NCBI GenBank assembly: GCA_012518015.1
Contig: JAAYTM010000107.1
Span: forward strand, 11,862 to 75,861
Source: Synergistaceae bacterium
GTDB lineage: Bacteria > Synergistota > Synergistia > Synergistales > Acetomicrobiaceae
Reading direction: 5' to 3'
Length of the DNA stretch: 64,000 nt
Positions 1 to 10,741 of this stretch are shown piece by piece (position 1 is the first letter of the stretch; each line of letters starts with the position of its first letter). A model generated the notes under the pieces. It had not been told where the DNA came from and searched no databases. It saw only the letters and a list, made by a program, of their open reading frames with translations. The position numbers and the translations under genes are program-made.

Positions 1-267
1 TTGCAACGAATGCCTTTCTCACGAAGCAAGGCAAGAGATTTCTTGCGCGTCTTTTTGGCAACTGCACACGAGCTTTCAGTTGATTCCGCTGGCAGGATAT
101 TACTTCCGCAGATGCTCAAATCCCATGCTTCTTTAAACTCTGAAGTAAGCGTTATCGGTGTAGGTGATCATTTAGAGATATGGGATCGCGACAAATGGAA
201 CGAATACAGGCAAGACATTTTGGCGAACTTTCCTTCCATAGTTGAGGGCGTAGAATGGGAGAAGTAA
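1..267 (+). CDS. mraZ: MraZ transcriptional regulator, 5'-truncated by window edge
   Basis: DSAGRILLP and GVGDHLEIWD MraZ motifs; directly upstream of rsmH. Confidence 0.95.
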   Translation: MQRMPFSRSKARDFLRVFLATAHELSVDSAGRILLPQMLKSHASLNSEVSVIGVGDHLEIWDRDKWNEYRQDILANFPSIVEGVEWEK

Positions 268-1160
268 AACATATTCCCGTGATGTCGGAGGAAATTATAG
301 CTATATTATCGAAAATTGATAATTTGAGCTATGTGATAGATGCAACGGTTGGGTTAGGGGGACATGCTTTCGAGATTCTTTCTTCGTTTCCCAGAGTTAG
401 GCTTTTAGGTATTGATCAAGATGATCAAGCACTAGTTATGGCTGCTCAAAGACTGGAATGTTTTGGAGAAAGAGTTTTGTTACTCAAGTCTAATTTTAAG
501 CATATCGATGAGATCGTAAAAACTTACCTACTAAAAGAAGAGAATGCAGATGCAATTTTGTTTGACTTAGGGGTTTCCTCTTTGCAACTTGACGATGAAG
601 AGAGGGGTTTTTCCTTTAACAAAGAAGGCCCTATCGATATGCGAATGGATAAAGATGCGACAGTAACTGCTTGCGATCTTATTAATAAGTTAACCTATGA
701 TGAGTTAGCGAAGATTTTTTATGAGTATGGAGAGGAGCGTTTTTCGCGCCTATTGGCAAGGGCAATTGTGCGTCATCGTGATCGCTACGGCCAAATTTCA
801 TCAACGTCAGAGCTGGTTGATATTATTCGTGGTGCCCTGCCGGCGAAAGTTCAAAGGCGCATGGGAAAGCATCCGGCCAGAAGGGTTTTTCAAGCGCTTC
901 GAATTGCCGTGAACGACGAGTTAAATGCGTTAAAAATGGGATTGGAGAAAAGCGCAGGATGCGTGCGAAGCGGAGGCATTATCGTGGTCCTTAGTTATCA
1001 TTCTTTGGAGGATCGTCTAGTTAAACATACATTTAAACGGTGGGAAACTGATGGCTTAGGAAGTTTATATACAAAAAAACCGATATCGCCGAAGGCGGAA
1101 GAAATTAAAAGTAATCCTAGATCCAGGAGTGCTAAGCTGAGAGCATTTGCAAAGTTTTAA
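255..1160 (+). CDS. rsmH: 16S rRNA m4C1402 methyltransferase RsmH
   Basis: HIPVM, DATVGLGGHA, DLGVSSLQLD, FQALRIAVNDEL, NPRSRSAKLR motifs. Confidence 0.97.
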   Translation: MGEVKHIPVMSEEIIAILSKIDNLSYVIDATVGLGGHAFEILSSFPRVRLLGIDQDDQALVMAAQRLECFGERVLLLKSNFKHIDEIVKTYLLKEENADAILFDLGVSSLQLDDEERGFSFNKEGPIDMRMDKDATVTACDLINKLTYDELAKIFYEYGEERFSRLLARAIVRHRDRYGQISSTSELVDIIRGALPAKVQRRMGKHPARRVFQALRIAVNDELNALKMGLEKSAGCVRSGGIIVVLSYHSLEDRLVKHTFKRWETDGLGSLYTKKPISPKAEEIKSNPRSRSAKLRAFAKF

Positions 1161-1185
1161 TCTTGGCAGTGAGGGGGCGAAGAAA

Positions 1186-1584
1186 TTGGCAGCAAGGATG
1201 GGGAAAAAGGGGGTGTACTCTTATATCATATTAATATCCTTGGCTCTCCTCGGGCTTGCTGGACTTCGTTTTTATAGTTTGTATCTTGAGCACGAGTTAA
1301 TCGTACTAAATCAACAAATCGATGAATTGCAGCAAAAGAATTTGCTCCTATCTCAACGCCTCCTCTCTTTAATGGCGCCCGATCGTGTGGTATATTACGC
1401 AAGTGGTAGCTTAGGCATGACAAAAGATTTAGGGATTGACACAACTATCCGAGTCGCTGCTGTATCTCGAGATGAAAAATCGCCGTTCACAGCCTCAATA
1501 CCTCTGATTACAGAGAAGAGGGGGATCTTAAAATTGCTTAATCCCTTTGCTAGCGCCAGGGAGGAGCGAAAGGATCAATTTTGA
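1186..1584 (+). CDS. Probable FtsL-like cell division protein (start TTG 1186 or ATG 1198)
   Basis: Single TM helix followed by a Leu heptad coiled coil, in the ftsL position between rsmH and ftsI; GAGGGGG RBS before 1186. Confidence 0.65.
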   Translation: MAARMGKKGVYSYIILISLALLGLAGLRFYSLYLEHELIVLNQQIDELQQKNLLLSQRLLSLMAPDRVVYYASGSLGMTKDLGIDTTIRVAAVSRDEKSPFTASIPLITEKRGILKLLNPFASAREERKDQF

Positions 1585-3242
1585 GGGAGTCTAAGGGCAT
1601 TTGGCATATAATTTTTTTAGTTTTCGCTGTCATAACCGCTAGGGTTTTTCAGCTATGCCTTGTTCCCGATTCTAAGGTCGTTTTTTGGTCACAAAGCCAG
1701 TACTGGCAACAAATTTTGGCGACATCGTCAAGAGGCGTCGTAGCCGACAGAAATGGCGTTACGCTTACCTTGTCGGTGCCGAGATGGAGTTTGTTCGTTG
1801 ATCCTGTCTTTTGGGATACGGATCAATTGTCGATTTTGTCAAGATACTTGCCGAAAAACGTAATTGAAAGATTACATAAACCCCTTGCGGGAAGGTTTAT
1901 TTGGCTGACTCGCAAATTGCCTTTACCCAAGGGAGAAGAAATTTTGTCGTTAAACTTAAAAGGGATTTATGGCGTCAAAGAAATGGAACGTTCCTATCCC
2001 TTTGGAAAGTACATGGCTCATTTGCTTGGTTTCGTTGATATAGACGAAAAAGGGCTCGCCGGCGTCGAGAGGCAATGGGATGTTTTTCTGTATACTCCTC
2101 CGGAAGTCAGGACCTTAGTAAGAGACGCGGCAGGGAACTATTTTGAAATGGCCTCTACTTTGTCCGACAAAGGGTCAGTTTTTCCTAAGAGCAAAGTAAT
2201 TCTTACTATCGATTGGAGGCTACAATATATCGTTGACAGCGCCTTGCAAAAAGGTGCTGAGATAAATCAAGCGGAGTGGGGTGCTGCCATGTGTATGGAC
2301 CCCATGACGGGCGAAATACTGGCGATGTCAAGCTACCCTTCTTTTGATCCGGAGGATAGGGGTACATTTACAGATGAAAGACTTCGCAACAATGTTATAG
2401 GAAGAGTATATGAACCTGGTTCTGTTCTCAAGCCCATAATGATGGGCATCGCCATGGATGGTGGATATGTTAATGCAAAAAGCGCCTTCCGCTGTGGTGG
2501 GTCTATAAGAATAGCAGATCATGTCATTCGCGAAGTAGGGGGCCGCGCTCACGGATCGCAGGACATTTACAAGATACTTATAAATTCTTGCAATGTAGGA
2601 ATGGCTCAAGTAGGAATGAAGATGCCCCCGAACTTTACTTATAACGCGTTAAAAGGCTGGGGCTTTGGCATTCCCACAGGCGTAGAATTGCCGGGAGAAG
2701 AAGAAGGATTGCTTCCACTCCCATCGCAATGGTGGGGAGTTGTGCCGGCTAATATTTCCTTGGGTCAGGGCATTGCGATTACGCCCATACAGTTAGCTCA
2801 AGCTTTTTCGGCAATTGCCAATGGAGGCGTTTTAATCCGTCCTTATGTAACAAGAGAAGTTTTCGATGGAAAAGGTAACAGAGTTTATTGCGGTCAAAGG
2901 CGCGAGATTGCACGAGTGCTTTCGTCAAGCACGTCAAAATCACTTCGAACGGCTTTAAGGCGTGCAGTAGTGGAGGGCACTGGCAAGCAAGCAGATGTAG
3001 GAGCAGCAAAGGTGGCAGGCAAGACCGGGACGGCGCAGGTGGCGTACAAGGGTCAATATTTAAAAGATGCCCATGTGGCGACCTTTGCGGGTTTTTGGCC
3101 TCATGAGAGCCCGCATTATGTTTTGGTCATAGTGATAGGTAATCCACGTTCGAAAGGTTACCTTGCGAGTCTTGTCGCAGCTCCCATTTTCAAATCTATA
3201 GTGGAAGAGATTATGACAAGCGGATTTGAGATTAATAACTAG
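1581..3242 (+). CDS. ftsI: Class B penicillin-binding protein FtsI/PBP3, no PASTA domain
   Basis: RGVVADRNG, EPGSVLK (SxxK), SCN (SxN), KTGTAQ motifs. Confidence 0.93.
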   Translation: MRESKGIWHIIFLVFAVITARVFQLCLVPDSKVVFWSQSQYWQQILATSSRGVVADRNGVTLTLSVPRWSLFVDPVFWDTDQLSILSRYLPKNVIERLHKPLAGRFIWLTRKLPLPKGEEILSLNLKGIYGVKEMERSYPFGKYMAHLLGFVDIDEKGLAGVERQWDVFLYTPPEVRTLVRDAAGNYFEMASTLSDKGSVFPKSKVILTIDWRLQYIVDSALQKGAEINQAEWGAAMCMDPMTGEILAMSSYPSFDPEDRGTFTDERLRNNVIGRVYEPGSVLKPIMMGIAMDGGYVNAKSAFRCGGSIRIADHVIREVGGRAHGSQDIYKILINSCNVGMAQVGMKMPPNFTYNALKGWGFGIPTGVELPGEEEGLLPLPSQWWGVVPANISLGQGIAITPIQLAQAFSAIANGGVLIRPYVTREVFDGKGNRVYCGQRREIARVLSSSTSKSLRTALRRAVVEGTGKQADVGAAKVAGKTGTAQVAYKGQYLKDAHVATFAGFWPHESPHYVLVIVIGNPRSKGYLASLVAAPIFKSIVEEIMTSGFEINN

Positions 3243-3261
3243 AATGGACAGGTGACGGCTA

Positions 3262-4779
3262 ATGGAAGTATCGCTCAAAAGTCTAGCAGAATTTCTCTTT
3301 CAACGACGATGTCTAAAGGAAATAAAAGCTCCGAATTTAGATAGTTTATCACAAAATGTTTCCAACATTTGTATAGATAGCAGGCACGTACAAAGAGGTG
3401 CCCTTTTTTGTTGCCTTGATGGCACTAAAAGAAGAGGAATAGAATTTGCTCACGACGCTGAGCAGAATGGTGCTATAGCTGTGCTTGCGACTGAAAGGAT
3501 TGAAAATCTTAACATACCTCAGTTGATAGTTACAAATGCAAGGGATGCTTGCGGATATGCTTCAGCATACTTTAATGGATTACCGGCGAGCAGGTTGCTC
3601 TTGATTGGCGTGACCGGTACCAACGGTAAAAGCACGACAACCTATTTAATTAAAAGTATTTTAGATGCTGGCGAAATGAGGTGCGGTTTAATAGGTACTA
3701 TTATTTATTATGATGGCGAAAAGGAAGAAGAAGCTGAAAGAACAACTCCACAGGCGCCCTTGATTCAAAACTTGTTAAGCCGGATGGTGAAAAATTGCTG
3801 TCATGCTTGCGTTATGGAGGCTTCTTCTCATGGTATCGAGCAGGGGCGCATCGTTGGATGTTTTTACGATAGAGCAATTTTTACAAACTTAACACCAGAG
3901 CATCTCGATTATCATGGCGATATGGATAAGTATTTTGCAGCAAAGAAAAAATTGCTTGAAAAATACATGCGCGGGGGCTGGAAAGTATCGACGAATGTTG
4001 ACGATGTTTATGGCAAGATGATACAAGAAACATTTGAGCCTTATGCCCTAAGTTTTTCGATTCGGCAAAGGAAAAAAGGGAGGTTTTATGGTTCAATAGT
4101 TAGTAGCTCTCTTGAGGGCATTGTCATGGACATCGTCTTACCTGATGGGATAACGCTGGCAAACGTTGTCTTACCTTTAATTGGCGAGCATAATGCATAT
4201 AATGCTTTGGCCGCTTGTAGCACAGCTTGGTCGCTTAATTTTTCGCCAGATGTAATTAGAAGGGGTCTTGAGACGTGTCCTCCTGTGCCGGGAAGGCTCG
4301 AAAGATACTTTATAGAGGATGGTTCGATTTGTGTAATAGATTACGCTCATACTCCAGATGCTTTAGAGAAAGCCCTTTCGACAATCAGGCCTTTATGTGG
4401 TGGAAAGTTGTGGCTAGTTTTTGGACATGGCGGCGATCGCTTTAGGGAAAATAGACCATTGCTTGGTAGCGTGGCGGCCAGTTTGGCAGATCATATTGTC
4501 GTTACCATGGATAATCCCAGAAGCGAAGATCCAGGGGAAATCGCGCTTCAGATAGTGGAGGGCATAAAATCAAGTTCTCGGGATCCGGACTACAAAATAA
4601 TCATCGATAGAAAAGAAGCTGTACATTTTGCCTTAGATCATGCTCGTGCAAACGACGTGGTCTTGATTACAGGCAAAGGGCCAGAACGTCAGATAATCTT
4701 TAAGGATCACGTGGTGGCTTACAGTGATTTTGACGCGTTGAAGGAATGGTGTGATTCAAGGGGGAAGAAGTTTTTATGA
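3262..4779 (+). CDS. murE: UDP-MurNAc-dipeptide:meso-DAP ligase
   Basis: GVTGTNGKSTT, MEASSHG, DYAHTPD, DNPR (mDAP-type) motifs. Confidence 0.96.
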   Translation: MEVSLKSLAEFLFQRRCLKEIKAPNLDSLSQNVSNICIDSRHVQRGALFCCLDGTKRRGIEFAHDAEQNGAIAVLATERIENLNIPQLIVTNARDACGYASAYFNGLPASRLLLIGVTGTNGKSTTTYLIKSILDAGEMRCGLIGTIIYYDGEKEEEAERTTPQAPLIQNLLSRMVKNCCHACVMEASSHGIEQGRIVGCFYDRAIFTNLTPEHLDYHGDMDKYFAAKKKLLEKYMRGGWKVSTNVDDVYGKMIQETFEPYALSFSIRQRKKGRFYGSIVSSSLEGIVMDIVLPDGITLANVVLPLIGEHNAYNALAACSTAWSLNFSPDVIRRGLETCPPVPGRLERYFIEDGSICVIDYAHTPDALEKALSTIRPLCGGKLWLVFGHGGDRFRENRPLLGSVAASLADHIVVTMDNPRSEDPGEIALQIVEGIKSSSRDPDYKIIIDRKEAVHFALDHARANDVVLITGKGPERQIIFKDHVVAYSDFDALKEWCDSRGKKFL

Positions 4780-6188
4780 GTTTTTTGAAAGATCCTTCTT
4801 CAATTACCATAGGAAAGACGTTCAATTGTTCTAGCCTTTGTGGAGCGGATATTTCGCTGCCTATCTCAATAAAAACCGATAGCAGAAATGTAAAGGAAGG
4901 CGACATTTTTATTGCTCTGAAGGGAAGCAGGGTGGATGGGCATAATTTCATAGGAGATGCTGTACATCGAGGTGCAAGAGGAATAATCTTAAGGGACGAG
5001 GAAGTGCCAAAGTACCTTGCTATTTCGCGTGATCAGGATGTTTCTTTGTTTGGAGTGCCTTCCCCGGAGCACGCGATAGTTGAAGCTGCTGTTAAGTACC
5101 TTGTTTGCCTTCCATCGCTGAAGAAAATCATAGCAGTCACCGGAAGCGTCGGAAAGACAACCACTAAAGATGTCATCGGTGCTGTCTTGCGGGGAAAATA
5201 TAAAGCTCATATATCAAGGGGAAATCATAACACTCTTTTGGGTTGTTCGTTAACGATATTGTCTGCCCCCAGGGATTCGGAGTTTCTCGTGTTAGAGATG
5301 GGAGCTAATGCCAAGAGGGAAATTGCAGAGATGGTCAGTTATTTTACGCCCAACATTGCAGTTATAACGTCCATCGATCCAGTTCATCTGGAGGGATTTG
5401 GTGATATCAACGGTATACTTCAGGCCAAGTTGGAAATTGTCACTGACTGTTGCGATGTTTTATTAATAAATGGCGATTCTTCGATCTTGAGGGAAGGGCT
5501 TGTAGAGCTTCCATATAAGCCTTCAAAAGTAATCAGCGTTGGAAGAAATCCGTCGTGCCCTTTCAGGATTTTAGATACTTCTTTGCGGTGGGACGGTCTA
5601 AATTATTCTAGAAGGGTGTCTATAGCTACTCCCCTTGGAGTAAAAGAAGTTGAAAGCAAATTATGGGGAGAGCAAAACGTCAATGCGATGGCCGTAGCTT
5701 TGGCCGTTGGCCTAGAGATGGGCGTTGGTTTTGATGAAATAGCCTCAAGCTTGCGTCACATGAAATCTCCGCGGGGTAGGGGTGCTTTGTTGCAAAGCAA
5801 AGAAGGTATTTTATTCATCGATGAGTCATATAACGCTAGCCCTGTTTCGGTCAAGGCAGCCATAAATAATTTAAAGGCCATGCCTTGGCGAGGGCGTAAA
5901 GTGGCGGTCTTGGGCGGCATGAGGGAATTGGGTGGTTGCGAAAAGCAATTTCATGAAGAAGTCTTAGGAGTCGTTACATCTGTTGCGGATATCACTGTTT
6001 TATATGGACAGGAATGGGACGACTTGCACGCTAATTCAACAAAAACTGTTCTTCTGTTTGAAGAAATAGAAGAGGTTAGCAGTTATTTAAAAGACATCCT
6101 GCTATCTGGCGACGTCGTTTTAGTTAAAGGTTCAAGATTTTATGAGATGGAGCGCATTTACGATCGGTGGTCCTTAGATGAGTTATAA
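4776..6188 (+). CDS. murF: UDP-MurNAc-tripeptide:D-Ala-D-Ala ligase
   Basis: TGSVGKTTTK, LEMGAN, DESYNASP, VKGSR motifs. Confidence 0.95.
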   Translation: MSFLKDPSSITIGKTFNCSSLCGADISLPISIKTDSRNVKEGDIFIALKGSRVDGHNFIGDAVHRGARGIILRDEEVPKYLAISRDQDVSLFGVPSPEHAIVEAAVKYLVCLPSLKKIIAVTGSVGKTTTKDVIGAVLRGKYKAHISRGNHNTLLGCSLTILSAPRDSEFLVLEMGANAKREIAEMVSYFTPNIAVITSIDPVHLEGFGDINGILQAKLEIVTDCCDVLLINGDSSILREGLVELPYKPSKVISVGRNPSCPFRILDTSLRWDGLNYSRRVSIATPLGVKEVESKLWGEQNVNAMAVALAVGLEMGVGFDEIASSLRHMKSPRGRGALLQSKEGILFIDESYNASPVSVKAAINNLKAMPWRGRKVAVLGGMRELGGCEKQFHEEVLGVVTSVADITVLYGQEWDDLHANSTKTVLLFEEIEEVSSYLKDILLSGDVVLVKGSRFYEMERIYDRWSLDEL

Positions 6189-7137
6189 ATATTTGATGCT
6201 TTATTTTTGTTTGTTGATGATATTAGGAATCGTTTTGCAAAGGTTATGGATAGAGCTTTTTAGCAGATTTAAATGGGGGGAAACGCCTAAAAGCTACGGA
6301 CCGAAGCGTCACGTGGTTTTAAAAGCAGGCATACCCACCATGGGTGGGGTCATTTTTATAGCGTTGTCTTTGATTGCTTTAGCATTTGTAAGCAATGATA
6401 AGTCAAGTATAATCGACAAGTTCATTTTATGGTGGTTGCCCTTTGGGGGGGCTGCCGTAGGGTTAACGGATGATGTCATAAAGATTGTTAGAAGGTCAAG
6501 TGAGGGTTTAACATCAAGACAAAAGTTGCTGGGACAATTTATGGTTGTTTTGCCTTGGGCATGGATTACTGCTAAGGAGGTTCCTTTTTATTTAATTTCA
6601 GATTCGTCCTCTGTTTACTTTATTTTGACTTTCGTCCTTCTTTGTTTTTTCGCAGTAGGCTTGTATAATGCATTGAACATAACTGATGGCCTTGACGGGC
6701 TTGCAGCAGGAGCCTCAGTAATATCTTTGGTAGCACTTCTTTTCGTTCTAGAAATCGAACCCTGCCGACTGTCCCTAGTTGTCGGCTTAGCGTGTGTTTT
6801 ATCGTTTTTGTGGTACAATTCCTATCCGGCAAGGGTGTTTATGGGAGATGTGGGAGCGCATTTTATCGCTGGTCTTTTAATGGGTAACGTAGCAATGTCG
6901 GGAGATCTTTTGCTGATATTTCCCATATCCTTTATTTTCGGTATTGAAATAGTCTCCGTGATACTTCAGGTGATATCTTTTAAGTGCTTTAGAAAAAGGA
7001 TCTTCAAGATGAGTCCATTGCATCATCATTTTGAATTATGCGGATGGCCTGAGGAACACATAGTTGTCAGATTCTGGTTGATACACCTTATGGGGATTTC
7101 TCTTTTAGGGGCCTTATGGACCTGGCAGGTGATCTAG
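6178..7137 (+). CDS. mraY: Phospho-MurNAc-pentapeptide transferase
   Basis: PTMGG, NITDGLDGLA, FMGDVG, PLHHHFE motifs; multi-TM. Confidence 0.97.
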   Translation: MSYKYLMLYFCLLMILGIVLQRLWIELFSRFKWGETPKSYGPKRHVVLKAGIPTMGGVIFIALSLIALAFVSNDKSSIIDKFILWWLPFGGAAVGLTDDVIKIVRRSSEGLTSRQKLLGQFMVVLPWAWITAKEVPFYLISDSSSVYFILTFVLLCFFAVGLYNALNITDGLDGLAAGASVISLVALLFVLEIEPCRLSLVVGLACVLSFLWYNSYPARVFMGDVGAHFIAGLLMGNVAMSGDLLLIFPISFIFGIEIVSVILQVISFKCFRKRIFKMSPLHHHFELCGWPEEHIVVRFWLIHLMGISLLGALWTWQVI

Positions 7138-7140
7138 GGG

Positions 7141-8517
7141 ATGAAGGTTACTGTTGTAGGAAGCGGCATTAGTGGGAAATCCTTGGCATTGATGGCAAAG
7201 AGTGCGAATTTTGATGTATTTGTGACGGAGCAAGGAAAGTTAGATGAAAACACTAAAGCCCTGTTTCGCGAAAAGGATATACAATGGGAAGAGGGTGAAC
7301 ACACAAAGGCATTACTCGACTGCGACTTGGTAGTATTAAGCTCAGGGATATCAGATAAAGCTCTTCCGGTACAAATGGCCCGCAAAACAGGTACGCCATT
7401 GCAAGGCGAGCTGGATTTCATTTACCCCTACTTGTCAGGTAAAATCGTAGGCGTTACTGGCACCAACGGCAAGAGCACTACAGCGGCTTTAATAAACCAT
7501 TTGTTGTCAAAAATGGGATATAACGTCGCTCTAGCTGGCAATTTTGGCATCCCCTTGGCCGATTTTGCGATGATGCCCCTTGATTTTATTGTAGTAGAGT
7601 TAAGTAGCTTCCAACTTCACTGGACAAAGCGCTTTAGTTGTGATGTTGCGATTATTACCAACATCTATCCCGATCACCTCGACTGGCATGGCAGTTTTGA
7701 AGCATACGTTAACGCTAAAAGACGCATAATAGAGCTTCTTTCTCCCAAAGGGTGTTTGGTTTACCGCGCACAAGATGAAGAAATGCTACAAGTTCGTGAG
7801 GGCAGGGGAGCCCGTTTGTATTGGACTTTCGAAAAATTCATGCATGATGCAGAAAGAGTGCAAGATGAGCTCATTCTAAACGATTCAGAAGCCCTTTTAA
7901 GGACAGAAGGTGGACATATAAGGCTTTTCCCACTCAAGTCGCTATCCTTATTCGGGTACCATAACGTTGAAAATGCTGCTATGGCCATGGCTGCAATATA
8001 TTATCTCGGGTGTGAAGTGGAAAGAGCACGCGAATTTCTCCCTGATTTTAAGAACCTTCCTCATCGTTGTGAAAAGGTGGGCGAAAAAGATGGGGTAGTA
8101 TTTATAGATGATTCAAAGGGAACAAACGTGGCTTCAAGCGTTACTGCCATTGCCTCGATTCCGGGTGTCAAAGTGGTGATACTGGGAGGTAGGGGAAAGG
8201 GAGAGAAATATGATAAACTTGCTGGGGCGATAAAAAAACATGTACGGGCAGCGGTATTGTTGGGTGAAGAAAAAGAGGTCATAGCAAAAAGCTTGAGAAG
8301 CGCAGGCTTTAGTAATTTTTATTTGGCGGCTTCAATGAAAGAGGCAGTCTATAAAGCCTTTGAAATGGCTTGTCCAGGGGATATAGTCCTGCTTTCCCCG
8401 GCTTGCACTAGTTGGGATATGTATAGAAACTATCACGAGAGGGGAAAAGATTTTCAAGAAATCGTAAAAAATTTAATTGAGGCTTGTGTAGTAAAAAATG
8501 GACGAGAGAGTAACTGA
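7141..8517 (+). CDS. murD: UDP-MurNAc-L-Ala:D-Glu ligase
   Basis: GTNGKSTT, ELSSFQL, DDSKGTN, LLSPACTSWD motifs. Confidence 0.96.
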   Translation: MKVTVVGSGISGKSLALMAKSANFDVFVTEQGKLDENTKALFREKDIQWEEGEHTKALLDCDLVVLSSGISDKALPVQMARKTGTPLQGELDFIYPYLSGKIVGVTGTNGKSTTAALINHLLSKMGYNVALAGNFGIPLADFAMMPLDFIVVELSSFQLHWTKRFSCDVAIITNIYPDHLDWHGSFEAYVNAKRRIIELLSPKGCLVYRAQDEEMLQVREGRGARLYWTFEKFMHDAERVQDELILNDSEALLRTEGGHIRLFPLKSLSLFGYHNVENAAMAMAAIYYLGCEVERAREFLPDFKNLPHRCEKVGEKDGVVFIDDSKGTNVASSVTAIASIPGVKVVILGGRGKGEKYDKLAGAIKKHVRAAVLLGEEKEVIAKSLRSAGFSNFYLAASMKEAVYKAFEMACPGDIVLLSPACTSWDMYRNYHERGKDFQEIVKNLIEACVVKNGRESN

Positions 8518-9610
8518 AACCCCAAGATGTGAAAATATGTACTCTTTTGATATGTTGTTGTTAGTGGTCCCTCTGGTTTTATCGATATTTGGGATCATAA
8601 TGATCATTTCTGCCTCTGGTTACTTTTCTTTAAAATTCTTTGGTTCGCCATGGACATACGGAATAAAGCAAATAAAGTGGTTATTGATTTCTTTGGTTGG
8701 CATGGCAATAACATACTCTATCCCGACTAAGCTGTGGAGGAGCTGTTCTGGCCTTTTATGGATTATCGCTATAGCTCTCACATTTGCCACGATAATTCCT
8801 TTTTTGGGCATGTCGGTAAGTGGATCGTCCAGGTGGATAAGGCTGGGTCCTTTTTCGTTTCAACCCTCGGAGATGCTGATATTTTCAGTAGTTATTCATC
8901 TATCTGATATTATTTCTAGAGAAGGGGGGAGTTCTGAAAAAGCCTTTGTCCGCACAATCGGAATTTTAATGATAAGCACTATTCCGCTTCTTCTTCAGCC
9001 AGATATAGGTTCTGCTTTAATCCTTCTGATTTTGGGATTCGGGATTTTTATAGCGAAGTATGGATGGAAATACCCTTTGTTTTTGGCTTTTATAGCCGCA
9101 GTGCCGATAATTGTTTTAACATTTAGTGCCGCCTATAGATTAAGACGTTTAAAGGCATGGCTTGATCCTTGGCAAGACCCCTTAAACGAAGGATTTCAGA
9201 TCATTCAGGGATTAATTGCCTTTGCGAACGGTGGCTTCTGGGGGGTTGGACTTGGGAGGAGCTTGCAAAAACTTCAATATTTACCGGCTGCTCACACCGA
9301 TTTCATTTTTGCTATATGTGCTGAGGAGCTTGGTGTCATAGGCTCGCTATTGGTGATTGGTGGTTTTGCCTTAATGACAAGGAGGATTTATCTTCTTTGG
9401 CGCGATGCGGATGAAGAATATTTAAGATTTTTAGTCCTAGGTCTTTGGCTTTCTATTTTGATACCCTTCTTTATCAACGCTGGTGGAGTGACCACCTTGA
9501 TTCCTCTTACGGGGAAGGCGATGCCTTTTATGAGTTATGGTGGTAGTGCTCTTTCTGCGACATGGGTGAAGATTGGTTTGCTATTGCGTTGTTCAGCCGA
9601 TGTTAAGTAG
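8498..9610 (+). CDS. ftsW: SEDS family peptidoglycan polymerase FtsW
   Basis: RWIRLGPFSFQPSE, LPAAHTDFIF, PFMSYGGS motifs; multi-TM; dcw context. Confidence 0.94.
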   Translation: MDERVTETPRCENMYSFDMLLLVVPLVLSIFGIIMIISASGYFSLKFFGSPWTYGIKQIKWLLISLVGMAITYSIPTKLWRSCSGLLWIIAIALTFATIIPFLGMSVSGSSRWIRLGPFSFQPSEMLIFSVVIHLSDIISREGGSSEKAFVRTIGILMISTIPLLLQPDIGSALILLILGFGIFIAKYGWKYPLFLAFIAAVPIIVLTFSAAYRLRRLKAWLDPWQDPLNEGFQIIQGLIAFANGGFWGVGLGRSLQKLQYLPAAHTDFIFAICAEELGVIGSLLVIGGFALMTRRIYLLWRDADEEYLRFLVLGLWLSILIPFFINAGGVTTLIPLTGKAMPFMSYGGSALSATWVKIGLLLRCSADVK

Positions 9611-9640
9611 TAATAATAATTAAGGAGCGCTTTTGGATAA

Positions 9641-10741
9641 ATGAGCAATACATTGAAAATCATGTTTGTTGCTGGTGGTACGGGAGGACACATATTGCCA
9701 GCTGTCTCATTAGGTGATTGGATAAGGGAAAATAATTTACCTGCTGAAGTCGGTTATCTTTGTGGAAGCAGAGAACTAGAGCGCAAAATTTACAAAGCTT
9801 TGCACGTGGATCACGCAATATTGCCCTTATCAGGTTCTCCCTTTGGAGTGAAGGGGGTGCGCTCTATTTTGCGTTGGAAAGAATTTATCTTTTCTTTGGT
9901 AAAAGCACATAAGTTAATCAAGGAATTCAAACCTAATGTAATCGTTCTTTTTGGTGGTTACTTATCGGTTCCCTTTGCTTTGCTATCTTTTCTAAATGTC
10001 CCCATGATCGCACATGAGCAAAATGCCATTGCTGGAAAAGCTACACGATTGTGCTCGAAACGAAAGATTCCAATCATTACGGGTTGGAATGAATGTCTTT
10101 ATTTAGATAAAAAAAGTTTTATGCCCGTTGGTGTTCCCGTGCGAAGAATAAACCTTATGGACAGACAAAAAGCCTGGGAATTGCTTGGAGGCAAGGGTAT
10201 AGTTCCGTCTAAGATATTTGCATTGGTGATGGGAGGCTCAATTGGGGGCAAGCCGCTAATGCAAACTATTACTGAAGTTGCAAAGCACGATTCTTTAAAA
10301 GATCACATTTTCATGTTGGTTGGAACTAACGAAAAGAGCGGTGTGCAGTGGCTTTCGAGCAACGTCGTAGCTATCCCTCCCTCCTGGGATTTATCGGCTC
10401 ATTTTTCATTGGCTCACTATGCCGTTACGAGGTGCGGGGCATCGACACTATCGGAACTTATCTGCTATGATGTACCGGGTGTATTGATACCTTGGGAAGG
10501 AGCTTCAGACGATCATCAGTTAGCAAATGCCAAACTCTTCTTGCGCTCAGGAAAGGGTAGAATATGGCGCGAGAGCGAAAATATCGAGCTTTTGGAAGCT
10601 GCTCTTTTAGAGGTATCCGATATGCGCAAGCTTTGTAATAATGGTGGGTGTGATATTAAAAGAAACGATATATGTGCCCGTTTCTGGAATGCGATATTGT
10701 CTTTTTCTACGAAAGGGGAGGGCTCTATTGAATGTGCTTAG
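9641..10741 (+). CDS. murG: Lipid II GlcNAc transferase MurG
   Basis: GGTGGHI, HEQNAIAG, GGSIG, DHQLANA motifs. Confidence 0.95.
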   Translation: MSNTLKIMFVAGGTGGHILPAVSLGDWIRENNLPAEVGYLCGSRELERKIYKALHVDHAILPLSGSPFGVKGVRSILRWKEFIFSLVKAHKLIKEFKPNVIVLFGGYLSVPFALLSFLNVPMIAHEQNAIAGKATRLCSKRKIPIITGWNECLYLDKKSFMPVGVPVRRINLMDRQKAWELLGGKGIVPSKIFALVMGGSIGGKPLMQTITEVAKHDSLKDHIFMLVGTNEKSGVQWLSSNVVAIPPSWDLSAHFSLAHYAVTRCGASTLSELICYDVPGVLIPWEGASDDHQLANAKLFLRSGKGRIWRESENIELLEAALLEVSDMRKLCNNGGCDIKRNDICARFWNAILSFSTKGEGSIECA